Positions 41,878 to 51,511 of a stretch of DNA of 51,511 nucleotides are shown here, piece after piece (the first letter of the stretch is position 1; each line of letters starts with the position of its first letter). Source of the stretch: Faecalibacterium sp. UBA7177 (lineage in GTDB: Bacteria; Bacillota; Clostridia; Oscillospirales; Ruminococcaceae); NCBI GenBank assembly GCA_002491225.1, contig DKVN01000108.1:5249-56759 (forward strand), read 5' to 3'. The position numbers and the translations under genes are program-made. The notes below the pieces were generated by a model, which was not told the origin of the DNA, did not search any database, and saw only the letters and a list, made by a program, of their open reading frames with translations.

Positions 41878-42974
41878 TCGGGCTGCCCAACGTGGGCAAG
41901 AGCACCCTGTTCAACGCCATCACCAGCACCAAAAACGCGGCGGCGGCCAACTATCCCTTCTGCACCATCGACCCCAACACCGGCATCGTCCCGGTGCCGG
42001 ACGCGCGGCTGGACAAGCTGGCCGACATCTGGCAGACCAACAAAAAAACGCCCGCCATCGTCGAGTTTGTCGATATCGCGGGCCTTGTCAAGGGGGCCTC
42101 CAAGGGCGAGGGGCTGGGCAACAAGTTCCTGGGAAACATCCGGGAGTGCGATGCCATCGTGCATGTGGTGCGCTGCTTTGAGGGCACCGACGTGGTGCAC
42201 GTCGAGGGCGCGGTGGACCCGCTGCGGGACATCGAGACGATCGACACCGAGCTGATTTTGAGCGACCTCGAGGTGGTGTCGAACCGCGCCGCCAAGTTTG
42301 CCAAGGCGGCCAAGACCGGGGACAAAAAGGCCGCCCCCGCCGCCGCGATGCTCGCCGCGCTCGAGGAGCACCTCGGCCGCGGCGAGAACGCCCGCACCTT
42401 TACGCCGGAGGACGACTCGGACGAGAACCTCGCCCTGCTGCGGGAGATGGGCCTTTTGAGCGGCAAGCCGATCATCTACGCCGCCAACCTCAGCGAGGAC
42501 GACCTGATGGACGGCATGGAGCAGAACCCCCACTACCAGGCGGTGCGGGCCCTGGCCGAAAAGGAGGGGGCCGAGTGCATCCCCATCTGCGCCAAGACCG
42601 AGGAGGACATCGCCGACTACCCCCCCGAGGAAAAGCGGGCCTTTCTGGCCGAGATGGGCATCGAGGCCACCGGCCTCGACAACCTCATCCAGGCCAGCTA
42701 CCACCTGTTGGGCCTGATCAGCTTTTTGACCGACGGCAAAAAGGAGTGCCGCGCCTGGACCATCCGCCGCGGCACCAGGGCCCCGCAGGCCGCCGGCAAG
42801 ATCCACTCGGATTTTGAGCGCGGCTTCATCCGGGCCAGCGTGGTGGCCTACGAGGACTTTGCCGCCTGCGATTACAGCATGGCCGCCGTCAAGGCCAAGG
42901 GCCTGCAGCGCACCGAGGGCAAGGAGTATGTGGTGCAGGACGGGGATATCATCGAGTTCTTGTTCAATGTGTAA
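41862..42974 (+). CDS. ychF: Redox-regulated ribosome-binding ATPase YchF
   Basis: [54 protein letters not shown]-terminal TGS-like domain ([12 protein letters not shown]). Confidence 0.97.
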   Translation: MKLGIVGLPNVGKSTLFNAITSTKNAAAANYPFCTIDPNTGIVPVPDARLDKLADIWQTNKKTPAIVEFVDIAGLVKGASKGEGLGNKFLGNIRECDAIVHVVRCFEGTDVVHVEGAVDPLRDIETIDTELILSDLEVVSNRAAKFAKAAKTGDKKAAPAAAMLAALEEHLGRGENARTFTPEDDSDENLALLREMGLLSGKPIIYAANLSEDDLMDGMEQNPHYQAVRALAEKEGAECIPICAKTEEDIADYPPEEKRAFLAEMGIEATGLDNLIQASYHLLGLISFLTDGKKECRAWTIRRGTRAPQAAGKIHSDFERGFIRASVVAYEDFAACDYSMAAVKAKGLQRTEGKEYVVQDGDIIEFLFNV

Positions 42975-43069
42975 TCTAAGATGTAACGCGAATCTTCTAT
43001 AAGGCCCCGCGGCCCGCGCCGGGCGGTGGGACAACAACGAAAAACAAGCGTTTCAAGGAGGAAACACCA

Positions 43070-43753
43070 ATGGTATATGGCATCATGGGCGCAATGCCCG
43101 AGGAAGTGACCCAGCTCTGTGCAAAGCTGACCGACCGCACCGAGGAGGAGTACGCCGGGGTGCGCTACCACAAGGGGCGCTTGGGCGACAAGCAGCTGGT
43201 GGTCTGCTGCGCCGGGATGGGCAAGGCCAACGCGGCCTCCACCACCCAGGTGCTGATCACCCGGTACGAGGCCGAGCGGATCATCTTTTCCGGCATCGCG
43301 GGCAACATGAGCAGCGAGATCGGCATCGGGGATGTGGTCATCGGCGGCACGGTGGTTTACCACGACGCCGAGGTCGAGATGATCTGCCAGAGCGCCCCCT
43401 TCCTCAAGGAATACACCGGCGACCCGGAGATGGTGAAAGCGGCGATGGAGGCCTGCGAGGCGGCGGATACGGTGTATCTGGTGGGCAAGATCGCCACCGG
43501 CGACCGCTTTGTGGGGGACGCCGCCACCAAAAACGCCATCGCCGCGGCGGTGGAGCCGGACTGCGTTGAGATGGAGGGCGCGGCGGTCAGCCAGGTCGCG
43601 GCCCGCAATGGGGTGCCCTGCGTGATTCTGCGCGCCATGAGCGACGAGGCGGACGAGGAGGGCCGCGAGCGGATCGTGGAAAAGGACTTCAGCATCGACG
43701 AGTATATCAAGACGGCCACCGCGATCGTGGCCGGGATGCTCGAACGGCTGTAA
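43070..43753 (+). CDS. mtnN: 5'-methylthioadenosine/S-adenosylhomocysteine nucleosidase
   Basis: GIMGAMPEEV, CAGMGKANAASTTQVLI, FSGIAGN, VEMEGAAVSQVA and LRAMSDEAD motifs. Confidence 0.92.
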   Translation: MVYGIMGAMPEEVTQLCAKLTDRTEEEYAGVRYHKGRLGDKQLVVCCAGMGKANAASTTQVLITRYEAERIIFSGIAGNMSSEIGIGDVVIGGTVVYHDAEVEMICQSAPFLKEYTGDPEMVKAAMEACEAADTVYLVGKIATGDRFVGDAATKNAIAAAVEPDCVEMEGAAVSQVAARNGVPCVILRAMSDEADEEGRERIVEKDFSIDEYIKTATAIVAGMLERL

Positions 43754-43809
43754 CCGGGGTAAAAGCGCCCTACGATACGCCCAAAAACGCACAAAAGGAG
43801 GCGGCGACA

Positions 43810-44151
43810 TTGGCCGAACAGCCGCAGTTTGTCAAGCTGACCGGGTTTTCTTTTATGAAGGCGAACAGGCACTACAGCGGCTCGCGCGGGGGGCTGCAGT
43901 ACTGCGTGGATGTGGTAGACGGCGAGGACGGGGCCGCCTTTGAGGCGTCGGTCTGGCCGGGGCCCTACTGTAAGGAGCAGACCGACCCCGCCCAGTGCCA
44001 GACCGCCCGCTTCGCCTTTGACGAGGCGGGGATGCACGCCGCCGAGCGCTGGGTGGAGGAGCGGTACTACACCGAACCGGAGCGCTGGGATGCGGCGGCG
44101 AAGTGCTCGATCCTTGATGCCGAGCCGTGGCAGCAGGAGCAGCCGGAATAG
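43810..44151 (+). CDS. Hypothetical protein (113 aa)
   Basis: TTG start 9 nt after AAGGAG. Non-repetitive translation. Terminator downstream. No family recognised. Confidence 0.5.
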   Translation: MAEQPQFVKLTGFSFMKANRHYSGSRGGLQYCVDVVDGEDGAAFEASVWPGPYCKEQTDPAQCQTARFAFDEAGMHAAERWVEERYYTEPERWDAAAKCSILDAEPWQQEQPE

Positions 44152-44224
44152 AACAAGGCGCTTTTGGGCGCTTTTGCACAAAGACAGCCCGCTAAATTTG
44201 TGCGGGATGCCAGCATAAAAGCGA

Positions 44225-44269
44225 CCCGCCGGGCCCTCCCTGATGGCAGGGGAGGCCCGGCGGGTTTTT
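44225..44269. terminator. Bidirectional rho-independent terminator
   Basis: cccgccgggccctccc (44225..44240) pairs with gggaggcccggcggg (to 44264), then TTTTT. An A-rich run lies 5' for the opposite strand. Confidence 0.8.
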
Positions 44270-44382
44270 GTGTGGTTGGGTCAGTTCGCAGGTCGGCTGG
44301 CGGGGCGCTGGCAAGGATGCGGGCGCGGGCCGCGGCTGCAATGCGCAGGATCGCGGGGCGCTTCTGTCAGGCGGGCATGCGC

Positions 44383-44835
44383 TCAGAGATACCTGCGCAG
44401 CTCCTCCGCGCCCTGCTGCTCGAGGCGGCAGAGCTCGTCGGCCAGCTGTTTGGCCCCGACGCTGGCGTGGGGGCAGTCCTTCTGGGCGGCGGCGCAGTCG
44501 GCGTTGCCCAGGTCCGCCCCCTGGATCAGCATCTCGGCCAGGTGGTGGGTGCTGCGGTCGGTCAGGGTGTCGGCGGCGATGCCCATGTGGGTGGCCATCC
44601 GGGCCCACGGGGTCTGGCCTTTGGCCTCGCTGTCCAGCGCGGCCAGGGCGGTGTGGGCCTTCTGGTTGATGGCCCGGTACTCCTTTTGCTGGCGGTACAG
44701 TTCGGCCTTAAAGGCGCGGTCCTCAGCCATGGGCAGCAGCTGGCCGAGGGTGTTCTTGCCCATCTCGCTGCCCCGCACCACCGCCTGCAGCAGCGCCTCG
44801 TTCTGGGCCTGCGGGCTGTGTTCCGGTCGTGTCAC
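44383..44835 (-). CDS. Hypothetical helical protein (150 aa)
   Basis: GTG start after AAAGGGGGA. Helix-rich translation (AFKAELYRQQKEYRAINQKAHTALAALD..). No confident family call. Confidence 0.55.
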   Translation of the reverse strand: MTRPEHSPQAQNEALLQAVVRGSEMGKNTLGQLLPMAEDRAFKAELYRQQKEYRAINQKAHTALAALDSEAKGQTPWARMATHMGIAADTLTDRSTHHLAEMLIQGADLGNADCAAAQKDCPHASVGAKQLADELCRLEQQGAEELRRYL

Positions 44836-44991
44836 GGTGTTGTTTTCCCCCTTTGTTGGGGCGGCGGGGCGGGCCGGGGGCCCGCCGGGTACTGCCGCCC
44901 GCGGTTCCTGCCGCCGGGCGGCGGTTTTGCGGCCCGGCAGGCGGTTGTCCGGTTTTTTCGGCAGGATTAGTATATGGGGAAAACGGGCGTT

Positions 44992-46665
44992 TTATACGGT
45001 GTGGGCCGCGGCATTGTTGGCGGGCGGTGTGGGTGCCCTATCGGCCGCGCCTGCCGCGGCGGGCGGCTCTTTGCACGCATCCGGGCCCTCCTCCGGGCGC
45101 TCGATCGGCTCGTCCGGTTTCTCCGGTTCCTCCGGCAGCGGCTCGGCCCGGCCAAAGACGGCGCAGAGGGCGCGGATCTCTTTTGCCAGCGCCGGGGTGC
45201 AGACGCCGTCTTTGGCCCGCCAGCCCCAGTTGCCGCCCAGCACGCCGGGCTGGTTGATCCGCGCCTCGGCCCCGAGGGCGAGCCAGTCGGCCAGGGGGAT
45301 CACCGCGATCCGGGCCGGGCTGGCCAGCGCCCCGCGCACAAAGCCGCGCACCTGGGTCTCGAGGGAGTCGTGCTCGGTAAGGCCCAGATAGGCCAGCGCC
45401 TTGGCCCGCTCGCCGGGGGCGGCGGTGTCGGTCAGCCAGCCGGCGATGGTGGTGTTGTCGTGGGTGCCGGGGTAGACCACAAAGTTCTTCTCGTGGTTGT
45501 GGGGCAGGTACTCGCTGTCCTGCCCGGGGGTAAAGGCGAACTGCAGCACCTTCATGCCGGGGAAGCCGCTCTCGCGCAGCAAAACCCGCACGCTGTCGAA
45601 CAGTTCGCCCAGGTCCTCGGCCACGATCGGCAGCTCGCCCAGCTGGCGGCGCAGCGCCTCAAACAGCTCCATGCCGGGGCCCTGCTCCCAGCGGCCCACC
45701 CGGGCGGTGGGGCTCTCGGCCGGGATGGCCCAGTAGGTGTCAAAGCCACGGAAATGGTCAATCCTCACGATGTCATAGAGCCGCAGCGCGCAGCGCAGCC
45801 GCTCGGCCCACCAGGCGTAGCCGGTCTCGCGGTGGTGGGGCCAGTGGTAGAGCGGGTTGCCCCAGAGCTGGCCGTCCGCCGAGAAGTAGTCCGGCGGGCA
45901 TCCGGCCACACGGGTGGGGCGGCCCTCCCCGTCCATCTCGAACAGGCTGCGCCCGGCCCAGGCGTCGGCCGAGTCGGCCGAGACATAGATCGGCAGGTCC
46001 CCCATGATCCGCACGCCCTTTGCGTTGGCGTAGCCTTTCAGCGCCGCCCACTGGCGGCTGAAGGTGAACTGCACAAACTTCCAAAAGCCGATCTCGTCCG
46101 CCCGGCGCTCGGCCAGTTCGGCCATCGCCTGCGGCTCCCGGCGGCGCAGCGGGGCGGGCCACTCGAGGTAGGAGCGCATGCCGCACTCCTCCTTGGCGGC
46201 CATGTAGAGGGCGTAGTCCTCGAGCCAGGAGTCGTTCAAAAAGCAAAAGCGGTAGGATTCGTCCGAACAGGGGGTCTCGCAGCCGGGTACGGGGCGCCGG
46301 GCCTTCCAGCGGGCGTAGGCGGCGCGCAGCACCCCAAAGCGGTGGGTGTACACCGCTTCATAATCCACCTGACCGGCGTTTTTGCCCCAGGGCAGGGCCT
46401 CGTACTCCTCCGGGCGCAGCAGGCCCTCGGCGGCGAGGGTGTCGAGGTCGATGAAATAGGGGTTGCCCGCAAAGGCCGAGCAGCTCTGGTAGGGGCTGTC
46501 CCCGTAGCCGGTGGGGCCCAGCGGCAGCAGCTGCCAGATGCTCTGCCCGGCCTCGGCGAGGAAATCCACAAAGGCATACGCCTCTTTGCCAAAGCAGCCG
46601 ATGCCGCCCGGGCCGGGCAGGCTGGCTAAAGGCATGAGGATGCCGCATTCCCGTTTTGTCTGCAT
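44992..46665 (-). CDS. malQ: 4-alpha-glucanotransferase (amylomaltase, GH77) with a P/E/A-rich C-terminal tail
   Basis: CGILMPLASLPGPGGIGCFGKEAYAFVDFLAEAGQSIWQLLPLGPTGYGDSPYQSCSAFAGNPYFIDLD, RIDHFRGF, VAEDLG, TGTHDN-like PGTHDN. ATG at 46665 after CAGGAG. The track extension was rejected. Confidence 0.93.
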   Translation of the reverse strand: MQTKRECGILMPLASLPGPGGIGCFGKEAYAFVDFLAEAGQSIWQLLPLGPTGYGDSPYQSCSAFAGNPYFIDLDTLAAEGLLRPEEYEALPWGKNAGQVDYEAVYTHRFGVLRAAYARWKARRPVPGCETPCSDESYRFCFLNDSWLEDYALYMAAKEECGMRSYLEWPAPLRRREPQAMAELAERRADEIGFWKFVQFTFSRQWAALKGYANAKGVRIMGDLPIYVSADSADAWAGRSLFEMDGEGRPTRVAGCPPDYFSADGQLWGNPLYHWPHHRETGYAWWAERLRCALRLYDIVRIDHFRGFDTYWAIPAESPTARVGRWEQGPGMELFEALRRQLGELPIVAEDLGELFDSVRVLLRESGFPGMKVLQFAFTPGQDSEYLPHNHEKNFVVYPGTHDNTTIAGWLTDTAAPGERAKALAYLGLTEHDSLETQVRGFVRGALASPARIAVIPLADWLALGAEARINQPGVLGGNWGWRAKDGVCTPALAKEIRALCAVFGRAEPLPEEPEKPDEPIERPEEGPDACKEPPAAAGAADRAPTPPANNAAAHTV

Positions 46666-46738
46666 AACAAGGACACTCCTGTTCTCGAAAAAGATGGGGC
46701 GGGGCGCGCCCGGAATGCTTGCGATTTGAAAAATCCGC

Positions 46739-48202
46739 TCAGCTCTGCCCCAATGCCGCCAGCACCGCCTCGACATAGGCGGGCCGCTGGGAGGGGCTCC
46801 ACTGGGCCTGGGGCAGCCAATCCCCGGTGAGCACCGCGCTGACCGCGGCGTGCGCGGCGGGGGAGAAGGCGGCGGCAAGGTCGGGCAGGATCTCGCCCGA
46901 GGCGATCGCCGCGGCGAGCGAGACCTGCGCGGGGCTCTCGCCCGCAGCCCCGGCGATGCCCAAAAGGCCGGTGCAGCGGGTCAGCGCCTGCTGGCCCTCG
47001 GCCGAAAAGGAGAGCCAGAGCAAAAAGCTCTCGGCCCCGAGCCGCTGGGCCTCGCTGGCCCCGGCCGGGATGGCCAGCCAGCCCGGCGTGGCCGCCACCG
47101 GCCAGCTGGTCAGCTGTTCGAGGGTAAAAGCAGCGGCGGACGAAAGGTCGGTCTCGTCCAGCGAGTACTTGAGCGGGATCAGCACCAGCCGCGCGGCAAA
47201 CTCCGGTTCGCAAAGGGCGGCGAGCGCCCCGCTGCCCGCCCGGCAAAAGACCGCGCGGCCCTCCTGCAAGAGGGCGGCGGCGTCCGCCAAGGTCTGCGCG
47301 GCGGCCGCATCGCTGCCATTGCCGCCATTGTCACCGCTGCCCGCCCCGCGCAGCAGCGGGCCGGACGGCCCGGCCATCCAGCCCGTTTCCAGCCGGAGGG
47401 CGGCCCAGAGGCTGTTCAGCGGGCCGGTCAGCAGGGCGGGGTCGGGCTGTACCGTGTCCAGCCCGGCAAAGGCGGCGCAGAGCAGCGGGCTGAGCGCGCT
47501 GCCAGCAAAGGCGTTTGGCGCGGCGGCGGGCACCGCGAACACCCCGGTCAGGTTTTGGGCGGCGGCGGGCGGTTCGGCGGGCAGGGAGAAGGCCTGCCCC
47601 GCGAGGGTGACCGTCTGTTCGGACGGCTGTTCGATCCAGCCGCCGAGGGCCTCGATGAAGGCCTCCCACTCCGCCCAGCTGGCCCGCTGCAAAAGCTCTG
47701 GGGTGAAGCCCTCGCCCAGCAGCGCGGCGAGCAGTTCGCCATCGGCAAGGTAGCCGTAGCCCTCAAGACCCAGCGGCAGGGCGCAGCAGCCCTCCGCCTC
47801 ACTTTGGCCGGGCAGGGCGCTGGCCGACTGCGCCAGCACCCCGAGCAGCGGCTCGGCCGAGAGGTCGGCATAGTTTTCGGCGTTTGGGCGGCGGGCCAGC
47901 AGCGCCAGCCCGGCCTCCTCGGCCGAGCTGACCCACTCGACCGCGGCCCCCTGCCCGGCGCACCAGGCCTCGATCAGGGCGGAAAACCCGGCGGGCGCGG
48001 CCTCCTCCGCGACAAAAAGGCGCAGCGGCTCGGGCTGCGGCGTGGCCGAGGGGGCGGGGGCCTCCGGGCCGGGGGTCGGCTGGGGCAGCAGCGAGAGCCC
48101 CGGCAGGGAGCAGCCGGCCAGCAGGCAGGCCGCCAGCAGGGCGGACAGCAGCCGGATGCCGCGACGCGCAAACACGCGGCGGCGCAGGGCGGTGCGGCGC
48201 AT
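46739..48202 (-). CDS. Lipoprotein, possibly an extracellular solute-binding protein
   Basis: ATG at 48202 lies 7 nt after GAAAGGAGG. Signal peptide with lipobox LLAGC, then a P-rich linker. Upstream of malQ on the same strand. The function call is weak. Confidence 0.6.
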   Translation of the reverse strand: MRRTALRRRVFARRGIRLLSALLAACLLAGCSLPGLSLLPQPTPGPEAPAPSATPQPEPLRLFVAEEAAPAGFSALIEAWCAGQGAAVEWVSSAEEAGLALLARRPNAENYADLSAEPLLGVLAQSASALPGQSEAEGCCALPLGLEGYGYLADGELLAALLGEGFTPELLQRASWAEWEAFIEALGGWIEQPSEQTVTLAGQAFSLPAEPPAAAQNLTGVFAVPAAAPNAFAGSALSPLLCAAFAGLDTVQPDPALLTGPLNSLWAALRLETGWMAGPSGPLLRGAGSGDNGGNGSDAAAAQTLADAAALLQEGRAVFCRAGSGALAALCEPEFAARLVLIPLKYSLDETDLSSAAAFTLEQLTSWPVAATPGWLAIPAGASEAQRLGAESFLLWLSFSAEGQQALTRCTGLLGIAGAAGESPAQVSLAAAIASGEILPDLAAAFSPAAHAAVSAVLTGDWLPQAQWSPSQRPAYVEAVLAALGQS

Positions 48203-48457
48203 GGCAGAGCCTCCTTTCCGGGACGTGTGAGTCGATTTTGGATTATCATACCATATTTCAGAGCGTTTTTCCACCCGTGCGGGCGAACGGGATGCCGCCC
48301 GGCCCAAACCCGGCCTTTGCGCTTGACACGCGCGGCGCGGGTGGCTATCATGGTAGGCATACCGATTTCGGACAAGAACAAATTTCGGACAGGAACAAAA
48401 AAGGCCGGGCCGCGCAGCGAAAAAATGCGGGCCCGGCAGGAGGACGCGAAAAACAAG

Positions 48458-49657
48458 ATGGACGCACTGCATTGCGAGACAAAAAAGCTGTATTATGACC
48501 AGCCCTGGATCACCCGCTTCACCGCCCGGGTGCTGGGGTGCGAACCCGCGGAGGGCGGCTGGCAGGTGATGCTGGACGAGACCGCCTTTTACCCCGAGGG
48601 GGGCGGCCAGCCCGCCGACCATGGCGTTTTGGGCGACGCGCAGGTGCTGGACGTGCACGAGCGGGAGGGCCGCATCCTGCACCGCACCGACGCCCCGCTG
48701 CCGGTGGGCGGCAGGGTGGATGGCGCGATCGACGAGGCGCGGCGGCTCGAACTAAGCCAGCAGCACACCGGCGAGCACATCCTCAGCGGCATTTTGCACG
48801 AGATGTTCGGGGCCGAGAATGTCGGCTTCCACATCGGGGAGGAGATTGTCACCCTCGACACCAGCCTGCCCATCCCGCCCGAGGGGCTGGCCGAGGCCGA
48901 GCGCCGGGCCAACGCCGTGATCTGGGCGGACATCCCGGTGCGCGATTTCTGGCCCAGCCCGGAGGAACTGGCAGCCCTCACCTACCGCAGCAAAAAGGCG
49001 CTCGAGGGCCCGGTGCGGATCGTCGAGATCGCCGGGGCCGACCGCTGCGCCTGCTGCGGCACCCATCTGGCCCGGGCCGGGCAGGTGGGCATGATCAAGA
49101 TCGTGGCGGCCCAGAACTACAAGCGCGGCACCCGCATCACCATCGCCTGCGGCGTGCGGGCGCTGGCCGATTACCGGACCAAGTGCGCCGAGCAGGCCGG
49201 GATCAGCGTCCAGCTCAGCGCAAAGCCGGGCCGGTTGGCCGAGGCGGTCGGGCGGCTGGCGGCCGAGGCCGACGCCCTCAAGGCAAAGCTGGCCGAGCGG
49301 GAGAACCGCCTCTTCGCCCTGCTGGCCGCCGAGGTGGCCCCCGGCAGCGCCCCGGCGCTGCTCTGCGAGGGGCTGAACCCGGACGGGCTGCGGCGGCTCT
49401 GCGGCGCCCTCTGCGAGCGGACGGACGCCCCCTGCGCGGCCTTCAGCCCGGCGGCGGGCGGCGGCTTTGCCTACGCCCTCGGCTGGGCCGGGCAGGACGC
49501 GGCGGGGCGGCCCGGCGACATCCGCCCGCTGGGCAGGGCGCTCAACGAGGCCTTTGCGGGCCGGGGCGGCGGCAAGCCGGGGCTGGTGCAGGGCAGCATC
49601 GCCGCGCCGGATTTTGCGGCCATCGAACAATTCTGGAAGGAGCGGACAGGCCAATGA
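48458..49657 (+). CDS. alaX: Alanyl-tRNA editing protein (AlaX-L-like; tRNA_SAD domain)
   Basis: TAFYPEGGGQPAD, HTGEHIL (HxxxH) and CCGTH zinc-site motifs, plus a C-terminal DHHA1-like region. Confidence 0.8.
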   Translation: MDALHCETKKLYYDQPWITRFTARVLGCEPAEGGWQVMLDETAFYPEGGGQPADHGVLGDAQVLDVHEREGRILHRTDAPLPVGGRVDGAIDEARRLELSQQHTGEHILSGILHEMFGAENVGFHIGEEIVTLDTSLPIPPEGLAEAERRANAVIWADIPVRDFWPSPEELAALTYRSKKALEGPVRIVEIAGADRCACCGTHLARAGQVGMIKIVAAQNYKRGTRITIACGVRALADYRTKCAEQAGISVQLSAKPGRLAEAVGRLAAEADALKAKLAERENRLFALLAAEVAPGSAPALLCEGLNPDGLRRLCGALCERTDAPCAAFSPAAGGGFAYALGWAGQDAAGRPGDIRPLGRALNEAFAGRGGGKPGLVQGSIAAPDFAAIEQFWKERTGQ

Positions 49658-50505
49658 GGATGCGGTTCAAACCCTACGCGCGGGCCGAGCTGCTGGCCTG
49701 CCCCTTCCACGCGCACGCCCCGCTCGAGCAGCGCGGGCACTGGCGGGAGCGGTTCGCCCGGCCGGAGCAGCCGCTGCATCTCGAGCTCGGCTGCGGCAAG
49801 GGCGGCTTTCTGGCGGCGGTCGCCAGCGCCCACCCCGAGAACAACTACATGGGCATCGACATCACCGACAAGGTGCTGGTGCTGGCCAAGCGCAAGATCG
49901 AGGCCGCCTATGCCGAAAAGGGGCTTGCGCCGGACAATGTGGCCATCCTGAGCCTCGACATCGAGCGGATCGCGAACGCCCTCGCGCCCGAGGACACGGT
50001 CGAGCGGATCTACATCAACTTCTGCAACCCCTGGAACCGCAAGGCCAGCCACAAAAAGCACCGGCTCACCCACACCCGCCAGCTGGCGGCCTACCGGGCG
50101 TTTCTGCGGGACGGGGGCGAGGTGTACTTCAAAACCGACGACGACGGCCTCTTTGCGGACAGTCTCGCGTACTTCCCCGAGGCGGGCTACGAGATCCTCT
50201 GGCAGACCCGCGACCTGCACGCCGACGAGCCCGCCTGGAACATCCGCACCGAGCACGAGGCGATGTTCACCGCCGAGGGCATCCCCACCAAGGCGCTGAT
50301 CGCCCGAAAAAAGCCGGTGAGCGAGGCCGAGCTCGCCGCGGGCCTCGCCCGGCGCACCGCGCTGGAAAAGGCGGCCGCGGCGGCGCGGCGGGCGGCGGCG
50401 GAGGGGCAGAGCGCAGAGGCCGCAGATTCGAAAACCGCCGCGCGGGCGGCAGACCCGGCCGAGAAAAGGGCCGATGGGCCCAAAGGAGGGCTGAGATGCC
50501 GATGA
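49654..50505 (+). CDS. trmB: tRNA (guanine46-N7)-methyltransferase
   Basis: LELGCGKGGFL, MGIDI, INFCNPWNRKASHKKHRLT and FKTDD motifs. ATGA overlap with alaX. Ala-rich C-terminal tail. Confidence 0.9.
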   Translation: MRMRFKPYARAELLACPFHAHAPLEQRGHWRERFARPEQPLHLELGCGKGGFLAAVASAHPENNYMGIDITDKVLVLAKRKIEAAYAEKGLAPDNVAILSLDIERIANALAPEDTVERIYINFCNPWNRKASHKKHRLTHTRQLAAYRAFLRDGGEVYFKTDDDGLFADSLAYFPEAGYEILWQTRDLHADEPAWNIRTEHEAMFTAEGIPTKALIARKKPVSEAELAAGLARRTALEKAAAAARRAAAEGQSAEAADSKTAARAADPAEKRADGPKGGLRCR

Positions 50506-51356
50506 CCATGTATCAAATCTTCTGGTTTTTCTTTCTCTATGCGTTTCTGGGCTGGTGCAGCGAGGTGGCCTTTGTGGCGGTGAACACCGGCGAGCTGGTC
50601 AACCGCGGGTTCCTCAACGGGCCGGTCTGCCCCATCTACGGGGTGGGCATGGTGCTGGTGCTGCTGCTGACCGCCCCGCTGGCCGACAACCTCTTTTTCC
50701 TCTTCGTGGGCGGCATGCTGGTGACCAGCGCGCTCGAGTTCGTCACCGGCTGGGCGCTGAAAAAGCTCTTCCACACCTCCTGGTGGGATTACTCGGACAA
50801 GCCCTTCAACCTTGGCGGCTACATCTGCCTCTCCTTCAGCCTTTTGTGGGGGCTGGGGGTCGTGGGGGTGGTGCGGCTGGTGCACCCGATGATCGCGAGG
50901 CTGGTCGAGGCGGTGCCCTACCGGCTCGGGCTCGGGCTGATGATCCCGTTCGGGCTGGTCTTTCTGGCCGACCTCGTGGTGACCGTGCGGACCATCATCG
51001 GGCTCAACCGGGATCTCGGCGAACTCGACCGGGTGGCCGAGGCGCTGCACCGCGGCAGCGACGCGATAGCCATCCGGCTGGGCAGCGCGGCCCAGCTGGC
51101 GGATGAAGAACTGGACGAGGGCAAGGAGAAGCTGGACGCCGCCCTCGGGGAGGGCAAGGAGAAGCTGGCCGCCCGCCGCGCCGCGCTCGAGGCGAGGCGG
51201 GATTTGCTGCGCGGGCAGATCCTGGACAGCCGCCTCTTCGGCTCGGCCCGTCTGCTGCGGGCCTTCCCCGAGATGAAGCATCTGCAGCACAGTGAGCGGC
51301 TGGCCGAGCTGCAGCAGCGGATGAAGGAGCAGCTGAAGGAGCGGCTGGGGCGGTAA
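50496..51356 (+). CDS. Membrane protein of the putative ABC-transporter type IV (DUF1113) family with a coiled-coil tail
   Basis: FWFFFLYAFLGWCSEVAF..NRGFLNGPVCPIYGVG..HTSWWDYS signature. ATG at 50496 lies 5 nt after AAAGGAGGG. Confidence 0.7.
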   Translation: MPMTMYQIFWFFFLYAFLGWCSEVAFVAVNTGELVNRGFLNGPVCPIYGVGMVLVLLLTAPLADNLFFLFVGGMLVTSALEFVTGWALKKLFHTSWWDYSDKPFNLGGYICLSFSLLWGLGVVGVVRLVHPMIARLVEAVPYRLGLGLMIPFGLVFLADLVVTVRTIIGLNRDLGELDRVAEALHRGSDAIAIRLGSAAQLADEELDEGKEKLDAALGEGKEKLAARRAALEARRDLLRGQILDSRLFGSARLLRAFPEMKHLQHSERLAELQQRMKEQLKERLGR

Positions 51357-51511
51357 AAAGAGCGTTCGCCCACCCCTGCGCGGGCCGACTGAGCAGAAAA
51401 AGAAGCGCCCCGGCGTTTCCACTTTCCCCAAACGGGGGAGGGAACGCCGGGGCGCTTTGGCATCTGTGGGGCGAAAGGAACGCTTGAGCGCCGTCCGCTG
51501 CCGACACAGGG

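Noticed and set aside
51403-51457. A composite hairpin after the last gene (aagcgccccggcgtt ... aacgccggggcgctt) as a terminator.
   Set aside because: It is plausible, but the loop is long (25 nt with an inner cccc/gggg stem) and the trailing T-run is only TTT. It is too close to the window end to judge, so it is not listed as a feature.

Overview
All family calls below come from reading motifs in the ORF translations; no database search or computation was possible. The window is a GC-rich chromosomal segment, roughly two-thirds G+C by eye. It looks like a Clostridia-type Bacillota anaerobe: AGGAGG-type RBSs, ECF transporter S components, Rnf-like genes and a type III pantothenate kinase. I support about 45 genes.

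Backbone genes: an OmpR-type two-component pair, an HD-GYP-like protein, rpe, a stripped-down RnfD-E-A-like membrane trio and a DEAD-box helicase. There is also a MocR-type regulator divergent from an ECF S component, a CoA salvage cluster (coaBC, panT-like, coaX) and a glycoside cluster (beta-glucuronidase, GH78-like, DUF2264-like). The right-hand end carries ychF, mtnN, malQ with a lipoprotein, and alaX-trmB.

The outstanding feature is a lower-GC integrative island of about 13.8 kb (28097..41877). It is inserted into the first codons of ychF and is bounded by a duplicated ychF start (ATGAAATTAGGYATCG). One end carries a recombination/maintenance module: tyrosine integrase, excisionase, Cys-rich VLP protein, RepA_N initiator with an iteron array, and an orphan MobC. 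The rest is a single-strand block of defence cargo in this order: AbiEi/AbiEii, then a Type I R-M system (hsdM with a ~440-codon C-terminal extension, hsdS, hsdR).

Directly after hsdR sits a translationally coupled pair that I cannot place in any known family: a 261-aa soluble protein and a 159-aa multi-pass membrane protein (28507..29774). This pair is my best candidate for an undescribed defence or RM-guard system.

Many long ORFs in the supplied track are GC-driven shadow frames, and several real genes start well inside the listed ORFs. I re-set those starts using RBS context.
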